In this document: one piece after another, positions 16,072 through 25,296 of the stretch | Layout: the number at the start of each line of letters is the position of its first letter | Numbering within the stretch: the stretch's first letter is position 1 | NCBI GenBank assembly: GCA_016926765.1 | Contig: JAFGNY010000234.1 | Span: forward strand, 1 to 30,412 | Origin: Bacteroidales bacterium | GTDB lineage: Bacteria > Bacteroidota > Bacteroidia > Bacteroidales > FEN-979 | DNA length: 30,412 nucleotides | Direction: 5' to 3' | Translations under genes and position numbers: made by a program | The notes under the pieces: model-generated | Database searches by the model: none | Told to the model about the DNA's origin: nothing | The model's input: the letters and a program-made list of their open reading frames with translations, nothing else

Positions 16072-18428
16072 GGTACAACTACTTTGCAGCATTCCCTTAA
16101 AATCCCTGACTGAAAACAAAGAAGGTAAATTCCCGGAAGCAGGTTGCTGATCCCGGGTGTCATACACCTATCCCATGAGATTTCATGAACTCCGCCAGAA
16201 AGAGGGAAAGAACCGGCTCCCTTTGTGATCTCTTTACCGGAGGATGAAAAGAGCATCCCACGATAAATTCCCGCCTTTATAGCAGTAAGAAATATCCGGC
16301 TGGTGGTGGTCAAGGGGTTGGGATATACGGCGAGATGAAACGCCCCACCATTCATAGGATTCATGTCCCTGATTCCTATTGAGGTCAGATTCACTCCCTG
16401 CATCCATTGAACCTGTGACAACTCTCCGTGACGGTCAGCCCCCGATCGGTCAAAAGCCGTATCCCCTGCTCCTTCATCAAATTTCCAGTACCCATGCAGT
16501 CCCTGCTGGTCGTCAGGAAGATTCATCTCCATCCACTCTTCAATTTCTGTCTCACTACGGATTGAATTCCAGATCCTGACTTCATCAATGCATCCCTGAA
16601 AGGCATGGTTTCCGGTTTTCATATTGCCGACAACAAACTCCCTTGTACTGTTTGACAGTACCGGGCCCATGGGAGATGTGATCATTTCCAGCGGCTGATC
16701 GACCCCATCCAGGTAAACGTGTGCTTCACTGGCAACCGTGTCGTATGACAGGGCAAGGTGTTGCCACTGATTCATCTTCACCGTTCCGCCCGGGGTAGAA
16801 AAGGTACTGACCACTCCTCCCGCATGTGCCATCATCACAACAAATGATGAATCCACGGGAAGGGTAGCCAAATCCTGGTTCAAATAAAAAGAGATCATGG
16901 TTTTATCTATGATTTTCCCTGCTCCTGAAGAACCAAATCCTGTTGGTTTGACCCAGGCTTCAATAGTAAAATTACCGGTCAGGTTCAGGGAAGAATCATT
17001 CTGACACTTCAGCCGGCTGTCGGAACCATTGAATTCTAGGGAACTTTCTCCGTCAAACACACGGATCTCCTCCTGCCTGATAATCGAATCCGTAATGGAA
17101 TCGCTGGTAACAATCAACTTTACCGGATAGTTACCAACCGTTTCAAAGAAATGTTCAGGATGCTGTTCCTGAGAATCAATGATGCCATCGTTGTTGAAAT
17201 CCCACTGCCAGGTATGGACCGGCGGTTTCGCATAGGTTTGGTCGGTAAACTGAACTTCAAGCGGCTGTTGTCCGGACTGGGGAGCCGATTTAAAGTCCGG
17301 GATCAAAAAGGTGTTGATGCTTTCCCACCATCTCAGTTCGTGGTCTCCAAAACAGGCTCCGAGGATATCGGGATCTCCGTCGAGATCCAGATCCGTCACA
17401 TATACCTGGATCATGTCATAAGCGTCATCGGTCACGATTCTCCCGGAAAAATTTCCTGCACCGTCGTTTTCCCAGAAGTTTACGATCCCTGTCTGCCAGG
17501 CAATGGATAAGATATCGGTGTCGCCATCCTGATCCAGATCGGCAATTTTCGACGCCCGGGCGCCGTTGTAATGATCCCTCAGCAAATGTTCTGTAAAACC
17601 GAAGGCTCCATCATTCTCATACCAGGCAACCAGATCGGTATTGTCGCAGGCTGTAACCACCAGATCCATATCTCCGTCGCTGTCAAAATCGGCCACCTGT
17701 ACCGAGTTGGCTGCAGGCAAACCCGTCACCAGAGGAATTTCGGTAAAATTCTCCGCTCCGTCGTTTTCAAACCAGATGACCTCGCCGGCTTTGGCGGTAG
17801 CCACGATATCCTGATCGCCATCCTGATCCAGGTCGGTGATGGTTGCCCAGTTCGTTTTCGTCCAATCCTCCTTGAGAACGATGACCGTAAAGTTTCCGTC
17901 ACCATTATTTTCTGCCCAGGCGATCCGGTTGTCGCCACAGGAAACCAGGATGAGGTCCTGATCGCTATCGCTGTCGATATCTCCTGAAAAGACAAAATCG
18001 GCGCTGCTCCAGGTGGTGTCGTTGATGATATGTTCAGTGAAGTTGCCCGATCCGTCATTGCTGAACCATGAGAACCGCCCCAGAGTTTTGGCCGTAGCGA
18101 CAATATCCCATGAATCGTTGTTGTCAATCTGAGCGGAAATCACCCCTTTGGCTGCAGTATATCCGGTAACGACAACATGTTCGATGAACTGAAAATCTTC
18201 TGCCTGTTCAAACCAGCTTACCTTGTGACCACTGTTGGCAGTAGCTACCAGGTCAATGTCACCGTCGGCATCAAAATCGGCTGCTGCAATACAGGTTGCT
18301 CCATGGAATTCCTCCAGGATAATATGCTCATCAAATAATGCCTGGGAAAAGAGGCCGGAAGTAATCAGGAGCAAGCCTGAGATCATCAGGCTCATTTTGG
18401 TAATTGTGTTCGTTGTAATGGGTTTCAT
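16068..18428 (-). CDS. Secreted T9SS protein: 7 FG-GAP/VCBS repeats + PKD + LamG-like domain + CTD (putative adhesin/lectin)
   Basis: Seven DxDxDGD-like motifs; PKD pattern (WQWDFNNDG...HPEHFF...YPVKLIV); LamG pattern (FTIEAWVKP, WQHLALSYD, IDEVRIWN, WKFDEG); C-terminal VYPNP...GIYLL. 786 aa from ATG 18428, supported by a signal peptide and an upstream -7 box. Confidence 0.88.
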   Translation of the reverse strand: MKPITTNTITKMSLMISGLLLITSGLFSQALFDEHIILEEFHGATCIAAADFDADGDIDLVATANSGHKVSWFEQAEDFQFIEHVVVTGYTAAKGVISAQIDNNDSWDIVATAKTLGRFSWFSNDGSGNFTEHIINDTTWSSADFVFSGDIDSDSDQDLILVSCGDNRIAWAENNGDGNFTVIVLKEDWTKTNWATITDLDQDGDQDIVATAKAGEVIWFENDGAENFTEIPLVTGLPAANSVQVADFDSDGDMDLVVTACDNTDLVAWYENDGAFGFTEHLLRDHYNGARASKIADLDQDGDTDILSIAWQTGIVNFWENDGAGNFSGRIVTDDAYDMIQVYVTDLDLDGDPDILGACFGDHELRWWESINTFLIPDFKSAPQSGQQPLEVQFTDQTYAKPPVHTWQWDFNNDGIIDSQEQHPEHFFETVGNYPVKLIVTSDSITDSIIRQEEIRVFDGESSLEFNGSDSRLKCQNDSSLNLTGNFTIEAWVKPTGFGSSGAGKIIDKTMISFYLNQDLATLPVDSSFVVMMAHAGGVVSTFSTPGGTVKMNQWQHLALSYDTVASEAHVYLDGVDQPLEMITSPMGPVLSNSTREFVVGNMKTGNHAFQGCIDEVRIWNSIRSETEIEEWMEMNLPDDQQGLHGYWKFDEGAGDTAFDRSGADRHGELSQVQWMQGVNLTSIGIRDMNPMNGGAFHLAVYPNPLTTTSRIFLTAIKAGIYRGMLFSSSGKEITKGAGSFPLSGGVHEISWDRCMTPGISNLLPGIYLLCFQSGILRECCKVVVP

Positions 18429-18444
18429 CAGTTTCCGTTTTTTA

Positions 18445-18452
18445 CAAAAGTA
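18445..18452 (-). promoter_or_regulatory. Bacteroidota -7 box for the FG-GAP/LamG gene
   Basis: Minus strand TACTTTTG, 17 bp upstream of ATG 18428. Confidence 0.6.
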
Positions 18453-18514
18453 GTCCCGGTTTTCGTGAAAAAAGTCCGGACGGAACGGGAAGGACATCTT
18501 TCCCCCACCCCCAA

Positions 18515-18544
18515 GAGGTTGTCTCAAAACATCGAAACAGCCTC
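18515..18544. repeat. Degenerate inverted-repeat element
   Basis: GAGGTTGTCTC-AAAACATC-GAAACAGCCTC (one wobble, one mismatch), followed by TTTTTT on the plus strand. Confidence 0.45.
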
Positions 18545-18606
18545 TTTTTTCTCCCCCTTCCCTTCTTGGGGAAAGCTTTCCAAGCCGATCAAACATCCTG
18601 CATTCC

Positions 18607-18635
18607 CAATCGTCCAATCGACAATCGACAATCAG
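18607..18635. repeat. CAATCGA heptamer array at the AraC gene stop
   Basis: CAATCGT C CAATCGA CAATCGA CAATCAG; the last unit includes the AraC stop (18632-18634). Confidence 0.75.
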
Positions 18636-19801
18636 TTTGAAAACACTGCTCCATGTTCCGGCTGGTATTTCCGCCGGTATTCGACCGGGGTCATGGTAGT
18701 GGCTTTCCGGAAAGCGGTATAAAAGGCCGACTTGGAGTTGAATCCGCAATCGTACGCGATGGCGATTACTTTCAGGTGATTAAACCGGGAGTTATGCAGT
18801 AATTTCATTACCTCTTCGATACGATAGGTATTGATAAAATCATAGAAATTCTGGTGAAACTGCTCATTGATGACCTGGGAGAGTTTGTGGATGGTAGTGC
18901 TTAACCGGGAAGCCAGATCCTGCAGGTTGAGTTCGGGATCGAGGTAGAGCTTATCAGTTTTCATCAATCGTTTTAACTCCTGCAGGATCTTTTCGGTTTC
19001 CTGATCCTGAAGTCCTGATTTCTGGTATTTGAATTCCTTTTCGGGATGTGCGGAGAGGTTCCCTTCAAAACGGATATTGGAGATCGCCTCCAGGGTGTGT
19101 TCTGAAAAAATCCCCTGTTGCCGGTAACCGAAAACCCCCACCCCCATCAGAAACAGGATCAACACCACTACCGATATGATGTTGAGGACCGGCAGAACTG
19201 GCAGAAGTCCATAATCCATCAAATAGAGTAAACCGAGAGAAAAAAGAATATAGAACAGAAAGCCCCCTGACAGATAGAGCAACCAGTTAAGCTCTTTTTG
19301 TTTGCGGGAGGAAAAAAATCCGGGGATCCGTTTACGGTATCTGAGCACTGTCAGGAAAGTGACAACCAGGTAGACCGATACGCAGAATTCCCAGATGAGA
19401 TCAATGATGAGGCGGTAGATGAGGTGGTGGTTGGCAAAGATGAAAAAATTACCGGGTTTGGTATCCAGGAAAAGATAATGGACAAACGGGACCATCACTA
19501 CCGCCAGCGGGATCAGGTGAAACAACAATCTGAGCCGGAAAGGGCGATCCTTCCGGATGATGAATAGAGCATACAGATAAATGGCGGGGCCCAACAGGAC
19601 CCAGTATCCCAGATCGAGGCCTGTCAACCAGTTCGGCGCCGTGGCCAAACCAAAGCAAAACGTACGGTAAATCAGTTCGGCACCAACCAGGATGAAAAAG
19701 AGTCCCAGAAAGAGATCAGAAGGTTTTTTCGGTTGTTTGATCGCAATGAGGATCAGGAAAAGGACAACGAACGCCAGGCCGGTGAGGGGAATAGTTGCCA
19801 T
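18632..19801 (-). CDS. AraC family transcriptional regulator with multi-pass membrane N-terminus
   Basis: About 7 hydrophobic segments, then LYLDPELNLQDLA...LSQVIN...NFYDFIN.YR and IAYDCGFNSKSAFYTAFRK..MTP.EYR. Confidence 0.92.
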   Translation of the reverse strand: MATIPLTGLAFVVLFLILIAIKQPKKPSDLFLGLFFILVGAELIYRTFCFGLATAPNWLTGLDLGYWVLLGPAIYLYALFIIRKDRPFRLRLLFHLIPLAVVMVPFVHYLFLDTKPGNFFIFANHHLIYRLIIDLIWEFCVSVYLVVTFLTVLRYRKRIPGFFSSRKQKELNWLLYLSGGFLFYILFSLGLLYLMDYGLLPVLPVLNIISVVVLILFLMGVGVFGYRQQGIFSEHTLEAISNIRFEGNLSAHPEKEFKYQKSGLQDQETEKILQELKRLMKTDKLYLDPELNLQDLASRLSTTIHKLSQVINEQFHQNFYDFINTYRIEEVMKLLHNSRFNHLKVIAIAYDCGFNSKSAFYTAFRKATTMTPVEYRRKYQPEHGAVFSN

Positions 19802-19803
19802 GG

Positions 19804-20253
19804 CTAATGAACGATCACTTTTTCTGTTGAAATCTGTCCATTCTTTCCGGATAAGCTGAAAATATAAACTCCGGGTTCCCAGTTGGAAGTTGAAAAATCG
19901 GTGGCAATTATCCCCCGGGAAATCTCTTTTTCCAATACAAATCCTCCCCGGAGATCATAAACTCGCACGTACTGATATTCCCGGGAATTCTGATATACCC
20001 CTGAGAAATCAAAGGTGATGTCAGAAGGATCTTCCCAATTAAAAATATGTATTGAAGGTGTTCCGTCTTTAACCCCTGCAAGGAAGATATACCTATCATC
20101 ATAATCCCCCAGTTCTAGTTTGTCCAATAACTGTGCGGAATCTCCGGTAATGCGATAAAGTAAAAGATCACTTTTCATTCCGCTGGAATTCTCTTTACAT
20201 AACAGGATAAACAAGGAATCATTCCCGGTAAGGTTAAAACCCTTCACGTTCAA
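19804..20253 (-). pseudogene. Probable 5'-truncated T9SS-substrate gene (CTD-like C-terminus, no signal peptide); could be a small intact ORF
   Basis: C-terminus VRVYDLRG...NWEPGVYIFSL...STEKVIVH resembles a T9SS type A CTD; TTG start, no signal peptide, in-frame TGA three codons upstream. Confidence 0.55.
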
Positions 20254-20373
20254 GTACTCTCATGCTTGAAGAATCCTGTTTTGTATTGACAAATATATTG
20301 AATCCCTGAATCCGGCTTCCATGCACATCTCATGAAATATACAAAGGGGGAACAAGTGTGGATAAAATGAGAC

Positions 20374-21327
20374 TTATTCTTTACCAACAACCACCCTGAC
20401 CGCCCCTGGAAGGATCTCATAGGTGAATGGCGTGTGCCCGAGTGATTCCCCGTCTGTTTCAAGGAAGATTTTCTGCGTTGAACGGATCCTGATGGTTTTT
20501 CCCTGGAATGTCTTGATAAACGGAAGGTCGATCAGCGTTCCATCGTACAGTTTCCTTGTGTGCCGTATGACCATCCATTTGGGTGCTTTCTTGATCAGGG
20601 TGACATCCAGGAGGCCGTCGTCGGCAATGGCAAACGGAAGTTGCATCATGCCTCCGCCGTTGTATTTACAGATTCCGACATTCATGGAAAAAACTTCTCC
20701 TTTGAATACCGTTTCGCTGTCCACCTCAATTACGGCATCCAGGAAGTTGTATTGAAACAGGCTGGCAAAGATAAACCAGAGATACGTAAGCGGGCCGCCA
20801 TGCCCTTTTTCCTTGAGGAGGTTGGTTTTTTTCGCTACCAAGGCATCATAAGCCATGCCGGCCACATTCATGAAGTAGCGTTCCTCTCTCTCCTGCTTGT
20901 GGTAGTAGGTTACTTTCCCGATATCCTGAATGAAGGTTTTTCTTTCTTTCAGCAGTTGGACGGCCCGATTGAAATCAAACGGGATGTTAAACATCCGGCA
21001 CCAGTCATTCCCCGTACCTACCGGGATCATCCCCAGGGTGATTTCCGAGACCGGGCAACTTTGCTGAAGAAAGACTCCATTGAGAGCCTCGTTCAGGGTT
21101 CCGTCGCCACCTACAACGGCAATTGACCGGTATCCCTTTTCTATCGCTTCCCGGGTCAGATGGATGGCGTGATTTTTATGTTTCGTATACTGATGCTGAT
21201 GATCAATCCCTTCATGCCTGATCATCTCCAGGATCTTCGGCCACTCTTTGGCTCCTTTTTTTACGCCCGCATTGGGATTCACGATCACCATCCACCGGGA
21301 GGGGGGAATGGGTAGAGACTCATCCAT
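20374..21327 (-). CDS. Diacylglycerol kinase family (DagK/YegS-like) lipid kinase
   Basis: IVNPNAG, VVGGDGTLNE, IPVGTGND, YNGGGM, DDGLLDV, ETDGE. Start ambiguous: ATG 21327 (after a TACCTTGC -7-like box and an AT-rich tract) or ATG 21429 as in the track. Confidence 0.9.
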   Translation of the reverse strand: MDESLPIPPSRWMVIVNPNAGVKKGAKEWPKILEMIRHEGIDHQHQYTKHKNHAIHLTREAIEKGYRSIAVVGGDGTLNEALNGVFLQQSCPVSEITLGMIPVGTGNDWCRMFNIPFDFNRAVQLLKERKTFIQDIGKVTYYHKQEREERYFMNVAGMAYDALVAKKTNLLKEKGHGGPLTYLWFIFASLFQYNFLDAVIEVDSETVFKGEVFSMNVGICKYNGGGMMQLPFAIADDGLLDVTLIKKAPKWMVIRHTRKLYDGTLIDLPFIKTFQGKTIRIRSTQKIFLETDGESLGHTPFTYEILPGAVRVVVGKE

Positions 21328-21502
21328 AGCTCGTTCCGATAAAAGATCCTGCAAGGTAATTAATAAATTCAAATCCGTTTCATCGATCTTTCTCAACCAT
21401 TGGTCTATTTCTGTTGATTGTTGCGCCATGAAGCGGCCTGATCTGCTATGATGTCCTCAGTTGCGCAGGAATTTGTTGTATCTTTATCCAAATCTTTCCG
21501 CC

Positions 21503-22120
21503 ATGAAAAAAGTACTGATTCTCTTGGTTTCTATGGCTGTAACGCTCGGTAGTACAGCACAGGAAACATCCCGGCGATCCAGGACATTCAACTACTTCAA
21601 CCGGACAGAAGCCGGGATCTCTTTCGGAGTGGGTAACTTCAAGGCAGATGTTCTGAACGGGGTACAGAAAAGCCTTAAAAACAACGAGATGCCTATCTCA
21701 ATCCAGACCATCAACGGAATCGCATACCACGGCCGGATCGGACTGGGTCTCGGCATTGGGGTTGAATATTGGAAGGACGGACTCTTCTTTCCCCTCTTTG
21801 CTCACTTGCATTATGATCTCCGGCCGAAAGATAAGACCTTTTATGGACAGTTGAGCCTGGGTTCCGGCATCGGAACCCGCTACAGTACTACCTTTTTCCA
21901 GGAGGGGACCGGAGGGCTGATGGTCCAGGTGGGTGTAGGGTATAAGATGAAGGTATTCAAACGGCTGCGATTCTACTATGAGGTCTTTTACAAATATCAG
22001 GGTATCAGCTCGGCTTATGAAGACAAAATTGTTACTTCGGACACAACCATCGTTCGAAACGTTGACTATAAAGTACCTTTGAACTTCCTTGGTTTCAAGA
22101 TCGGGATCAGCTTCTATTAA
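21503..22120 (+). CDS. Hypothetical outer-membrane beta-barrel protein
   Basis: MKK signal peptide from ATG 21503; alternating Gly/aromatic strands; C-terminal strand FLGFKIGISFY. Confidence 0.75.
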   Translation: MKKVLILLVSMAVTLGSTAQETSRRSRTFNYFNRTEAGISFGVGNFKADVLNGVQKSLKNNEMPISIQTINGIAYHGRIGLGLGIGVEYWKDGLFFPLFAHLHYDLRPKDKTFYGQLSLGSGIGTRYSTTFFQEGTGGLMVQVGVGYKMKVFKRLRFYYEVFYKYQGISSAYEDKIVTSDTTIVRNVDYKVPLNFLGFKIGISFY

Positions 22121-23784
22121 AGCGGGTCCTGTTCTCTTCTTCCAAAGAGCAGAAACGAGAAGAAGAAATAGAAGAAACTGACTCCCGCCTGCGATTCGAG
22201 TGTGTCTTCAGTGAGCATGGAGACCATCGCGATGATGAAAAAGGAGAGGAAGAAATAATCCTCAAACCCACGTTTTACCCAGGCAGGGTAAATCAGGGAA
22301 ATCAAAAACCATCCCAGGCCAAAGACCCCGAATCCGATCAGGATGGAGAAATACTGATTATGCGATCGCCACCATTGTTCCGATGACAGCTTAGTCTTCA
22401 TCTTCTCATATTGCTCCATGAAAGCCTGGTTCATATCTCCCGTACCAACTCCGGTAAGCCAGTGTTCCAAGATGATCCCCCTGCTGGCTTTCCAGAATTC
22501 CAGTCGCTGCATCAGGGAAGAACCGGTAGGGTCTCCCGATTCGAGATACGTTTCATATCCCATCAGTAACTCGTAGATCCTTCCTCTTAAACTGAGCCGG
22601 TTCAGGTTGACCACATCGGGGATCCCTCGTTCAATGGCTTCAATATCTTCATTGGTAAGTTTCTCTATTCCCTCCGCATCTTTCCTGTATCCCATGGAAG
22701 AGAGGTAACGGATCAGGGTAAATTTCACCTGTTGCCCTTTCAGGTCAGTTGAGTCAAATGGAATCCTGGAACGCTTGCTCCATCCCTCGCGCAGTTCATC
22801 CCACTGGACATAAATCCAGAGATAATGTCCATTTTCCGTCTGTTTGCTCAGTAAATTATGTGTATAAGGATTCCCGCGGGGCGAAATCTTTTCCAGCTTG
22901 CTGTAATCCACGGTTTCCACTCTGTAATAATCCCGGATGACGGATCTCAGGTAGAGCCCTCCGCTAACCAGCAACACGATGATGGAAAAGATACATCCTG
23001 CCTTCAACCAGATACTCCTGCTACGGAAGGTATAGATTATCAGCAGGATGAAGAGGGTAACCACAAAAACGCCCAGACCGGTGAACGACCGTGAGATCAC
23101 CAGGTAGATGAGGAACCACACAATGATAAGGAAAGCCGCTGATTTAATCCAGAGAGATGTTCTCTTTTTCCGGAACAGGAAATAGCCTGCCACAAAGAGA
23201 GCCATGCTGATCATCAGGCCAAGGATAATATGGGAGATATGTCCAGAGATATCGCGGATATCAATGAACTCGAAGTTGAAAAGCTTCCAGGTGTTGGCCA
23301 GGGTAACAACGACCAGGTTCATGACGAAGATCATCATAAACCGGTAAAAATCACTCCTGCCAAACGCTTTTGAGGTAGCGAAGAAAATCGGGAGGATTAG
23401 CATCGGCGCTTTGGTCCGGAGATCTTTGAACGCATATCCGAAATCGGATGTGAAAAAAAGTCCCAGGATATGCAGCAAGTAAAGAGAGGCGAGAATCATA
23501 GCAGGTTTGTTCCTGAAAAACACCCTGAATCCCTTGCCTATACTCTCAAACCACAGCATCAGCGTGTAGGGAAATCCCAGTGCGATTCTCCTGAACAGGG
23601 ATCCTGTGGTGAAAAAACCGGTGAACTTCGTCAGGTTCACCCGTTCCAAAATCCAGGCGCCCGAAACCGTCCACATACCAATACTCAGGATGTATTTTGA
23701 GAACGGCAGGAAAATGATGATGATCGCGATCCCTGCGATATAGGCCGTCCGGACAAAAATCTGATATCCCCGTTCAAATGTCAT
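22117..23784 (-). CDS. O-antigen ligase / Wzy_C family membrane protein
   Basis: About 12 TM segments, SRSFTG, RLEFW...GVGTGD, SHNQY..IL..FG..G periplasmic motif. Confidence 0.82.
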   Translation of the reverse strand: MTFERGYQIFVRTAYIAGIAIIIIFLPFSKYILSIGMWTVSGAWILERVNLTKFTGFFTTGSLFRRIALGFPYTLMLWFESIGKGFRVFFRNKPAMILASLYLLHILGLFFTSDFGYAFKDLRTKAPMLILPIFFATSKAFGRSDFYRFMMIFVMNLVVVTLANTWKLFNFEFIDIRDISGHISHIILGLMISMALFVAGYFLFRKKRTSLWIKSAAFLIIVWFLIYLVISRSFTGLGVFVVTLFILLIIYTFRSRSIWLKAGCIFSIIVLLVSGGLYLRSVIRDYYRVETVDYSKLEKISPRGNPYTHNLLSKQTENGHYLWIYVQWDELREGWSKRSRIPFDSTDLKGQQVKFTLIRYLSSMGYRKDAEGIEKLTNEDIEAIERGIPDVVNLNRLSLRGRIYELLMGYETYLESGDPTGSSLMQRLEFWKASRGIILEHWLTGVGTGDMNQAFMEQYEKMKTKLSSEQWWRSHNQYFSILIGFGVFGLGWFLISLIYPAWVKRGFEDYFFLSFFIIAMVSMLTEDTLESQAGVSFFYFFFSFLLFGRREQDPL

Positions 23785-23786
23785 AC

Positions 23787-24530
23787 TCAGGCAAATGGAT
23801 TCCTTCTTCCATGGGCTAATTTCGTTCTGAACGTTCGGAAGGAATCGGTCCCTTTGATATCGATCCGTTTAAGTTCATAGTTGTCTTTCACCGGGAGTGG
23901 ATTGATCCTGTTGCCGATACGCACCGCAAACCAGAGTTGCATCTCGGTGAAGAGTTTTTTCATCAGAAGGTTCAGTTCCGGATCTTTTTTAGGATATCCT
24001 CCATAGGGATAGGCCAGTACCCGGCTGATCCGGATATGATGGAACTCCATGGTATTGAAACAGTTTTCAAGGTCCTCCCGCATATCTTCGGGCGCCAGTT
24101 CGGCATAACTCCGGTGCAGGAACCCATGAATCCCGAGTTCAATCAGGCCGTCATCTTCGATCCGTTTTAACTCGTCCGCCGAGAGAATCTTTTCCGAGCC
24201 CTGATCCCAGAGATTTGTTTTCCCCATGAAGGCCACCGGGACAAAGAGTGCAGTTTTCATGCGGAACTTCTTCAGGATAGGCAGGGCATGGGTCCTGAAA
24301 TTTTCATAGGCATCATCAAACGTGATGATGACCGGACGCTTCGGAAGCTCTTTTCCGGTTTCAACCGACTCCCTGAGATCGAGGAACGAAATGGTTTCGT
24401 ACCCTTTTTCTGACAGATAAGCAAGCTCAAGCTCAAGCATATCGGCTGTGACCGTCAGGCCATCGGGCCCGCTGTCCGATACCTTATGGTACATCAGGAT
24501 CGGTAATCCAAATCGGGAAAAGGTACTCAT
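23787..24530 (-). CDS. Polysaccharide deacetylase (NodB/CE4)
   Basis: PILMYHKV, VIITFDDAY, ELGIHG..H, LAYPYG. Confidence 0.9.
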   Translation of the reverse strand: MSTFSRFGLPILMYHKVSDSGPDGLTVTADMLELELAYLSEKGYETISFLDLRESVETGKELPKRPVIITFDDAYENFRTHALPILKKFRMKTALFVPVAFMGKTNLWDQGSEKILSADELKRIEDDGLIELGIHGFLHRSYAELAPEDMREDLENCFNTMEFHHIRISRVLAYPYGGYPKKDPELNLLMKKLFTEMQLWFAVRIGNRINPLPVKDNYELKRIDIKGTDSFRTFRTKLAHGRRNPFA

Positions 24531-25285
24531 CTTTTTTCTTGATCTAATTCAATTGATTTTGCAATTTTCATAGAGGCATAGAAAGCGCCCAGGAGGGACC
24601 ACATAAATCCCGGATAACCGTCCAGAAATCCCGCTTTGCAACAATAAAACTGAAGAAAACTGATCGGGAATTTCAGGATCACCCAGATAGTGGGAAAACG
24701 TTTTCCTTTCAGCACGTAACTCTCTGCCGCCCGGCTGGTATAGTAATTGATCTTTTCAAGATGATGAGTCAGGTCACGGTAGGAGTAATGCAGGATCTCC
24801 CCTTTCAGCCGCCGGATCTTTCCCTGCACTTCGATTCCTTCATGCACCTTCACCTGGGTAAATCCTCCTGATTTCCGGTTGAACAGCCTAAGGTGGTAAT
24901 CGCTTCCGGCGCCGCCATGTTTCAGTTTTCTCCCAAGGTATACCAGTGAAAAACACATTTCAAATCCGGCCTCCTCAGGCTCCGGTTGTCGAAAAAGGTT
25001 TTCGATCTCTTCCTGTAGTTCCGGCGTTACCACTTCGTCGGCATCGATGGAAAAGACCCAGTCGTGAGAGGCCTGATCCACAGCAAACTGTTTCTGCATA
25101 CCATATCCGTCGAACTCCCGCTGAATAACACGGCATCCCAGTTCTTGACAGATTTCGGCAGTGCGGTCGGTCGACAGCGAATCCACCACTACGATTTCGG
25201 CAGCCAGCTCCTGTATCGATGCGATGCAGCGGCGGATGTTTGGCTCTTCGTTGAACGCAATGATAACAACGGAAATCGCGGTCAT
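24527..25285 (-). CDS. Glycosyltransferase family 2 (WaaE/KdtX-like)
   Basis: ISVVIIAFNEE, VVDSLSTDRT, WVFSIDADE, VHE, LHYSY, GFLDGYPG. Confidence 0.9.
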   Translation of the reverse strand: MTAISVVIIAFNEEPNIRRCIASIQELAAEIVVVDSLSTDRTAEICQELGCRVIQREFDGYGMQKQFAVDQASHDWVFSIDADEVVTPELQEEIENLFRQPEPEEAGFEMCFSLVYLGRKLKHGGAGSDYHLRLFNRKSGGFTQVKVHEGIEVQGKIRRLKGEILHYSYRDLTHHLEKINYYTSRAAESYVLKGKRFPTIWVILKFPISFLQFYCCKAGFLDGYPGFMWSLLGAFYASMKIAKSIELDQEKR

Positions 25286-25296
25286 GGTTCTCTCTG

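Noticed and set aside
18429-18749. 107-aa N-terminal extension of the FG-GAP ORF given in the track
   Set aside because: It overlaps the AraC 3' end and intergenic repeats; a -7 box and signal peptide point to ATG 18428.
20357-20365. Perfect DnaA box (TTATCCACA, minus strand) suggesting oriC
   Set aside because: Single copy; about 0.2 exact hits are expected by chance in 30 kb on two strands; no box cluster or dnaA nearby.
21328-21429. 34-aa N-terminal extension of the lipid kinase as a novel domain
   Set aside because: It spans an AT-rich tract with a -7-like TACCTTGC just upstream of ATG 21327, so it may be untranslated. It does look helical, so it is not excluded; orthologue alignment would decide.
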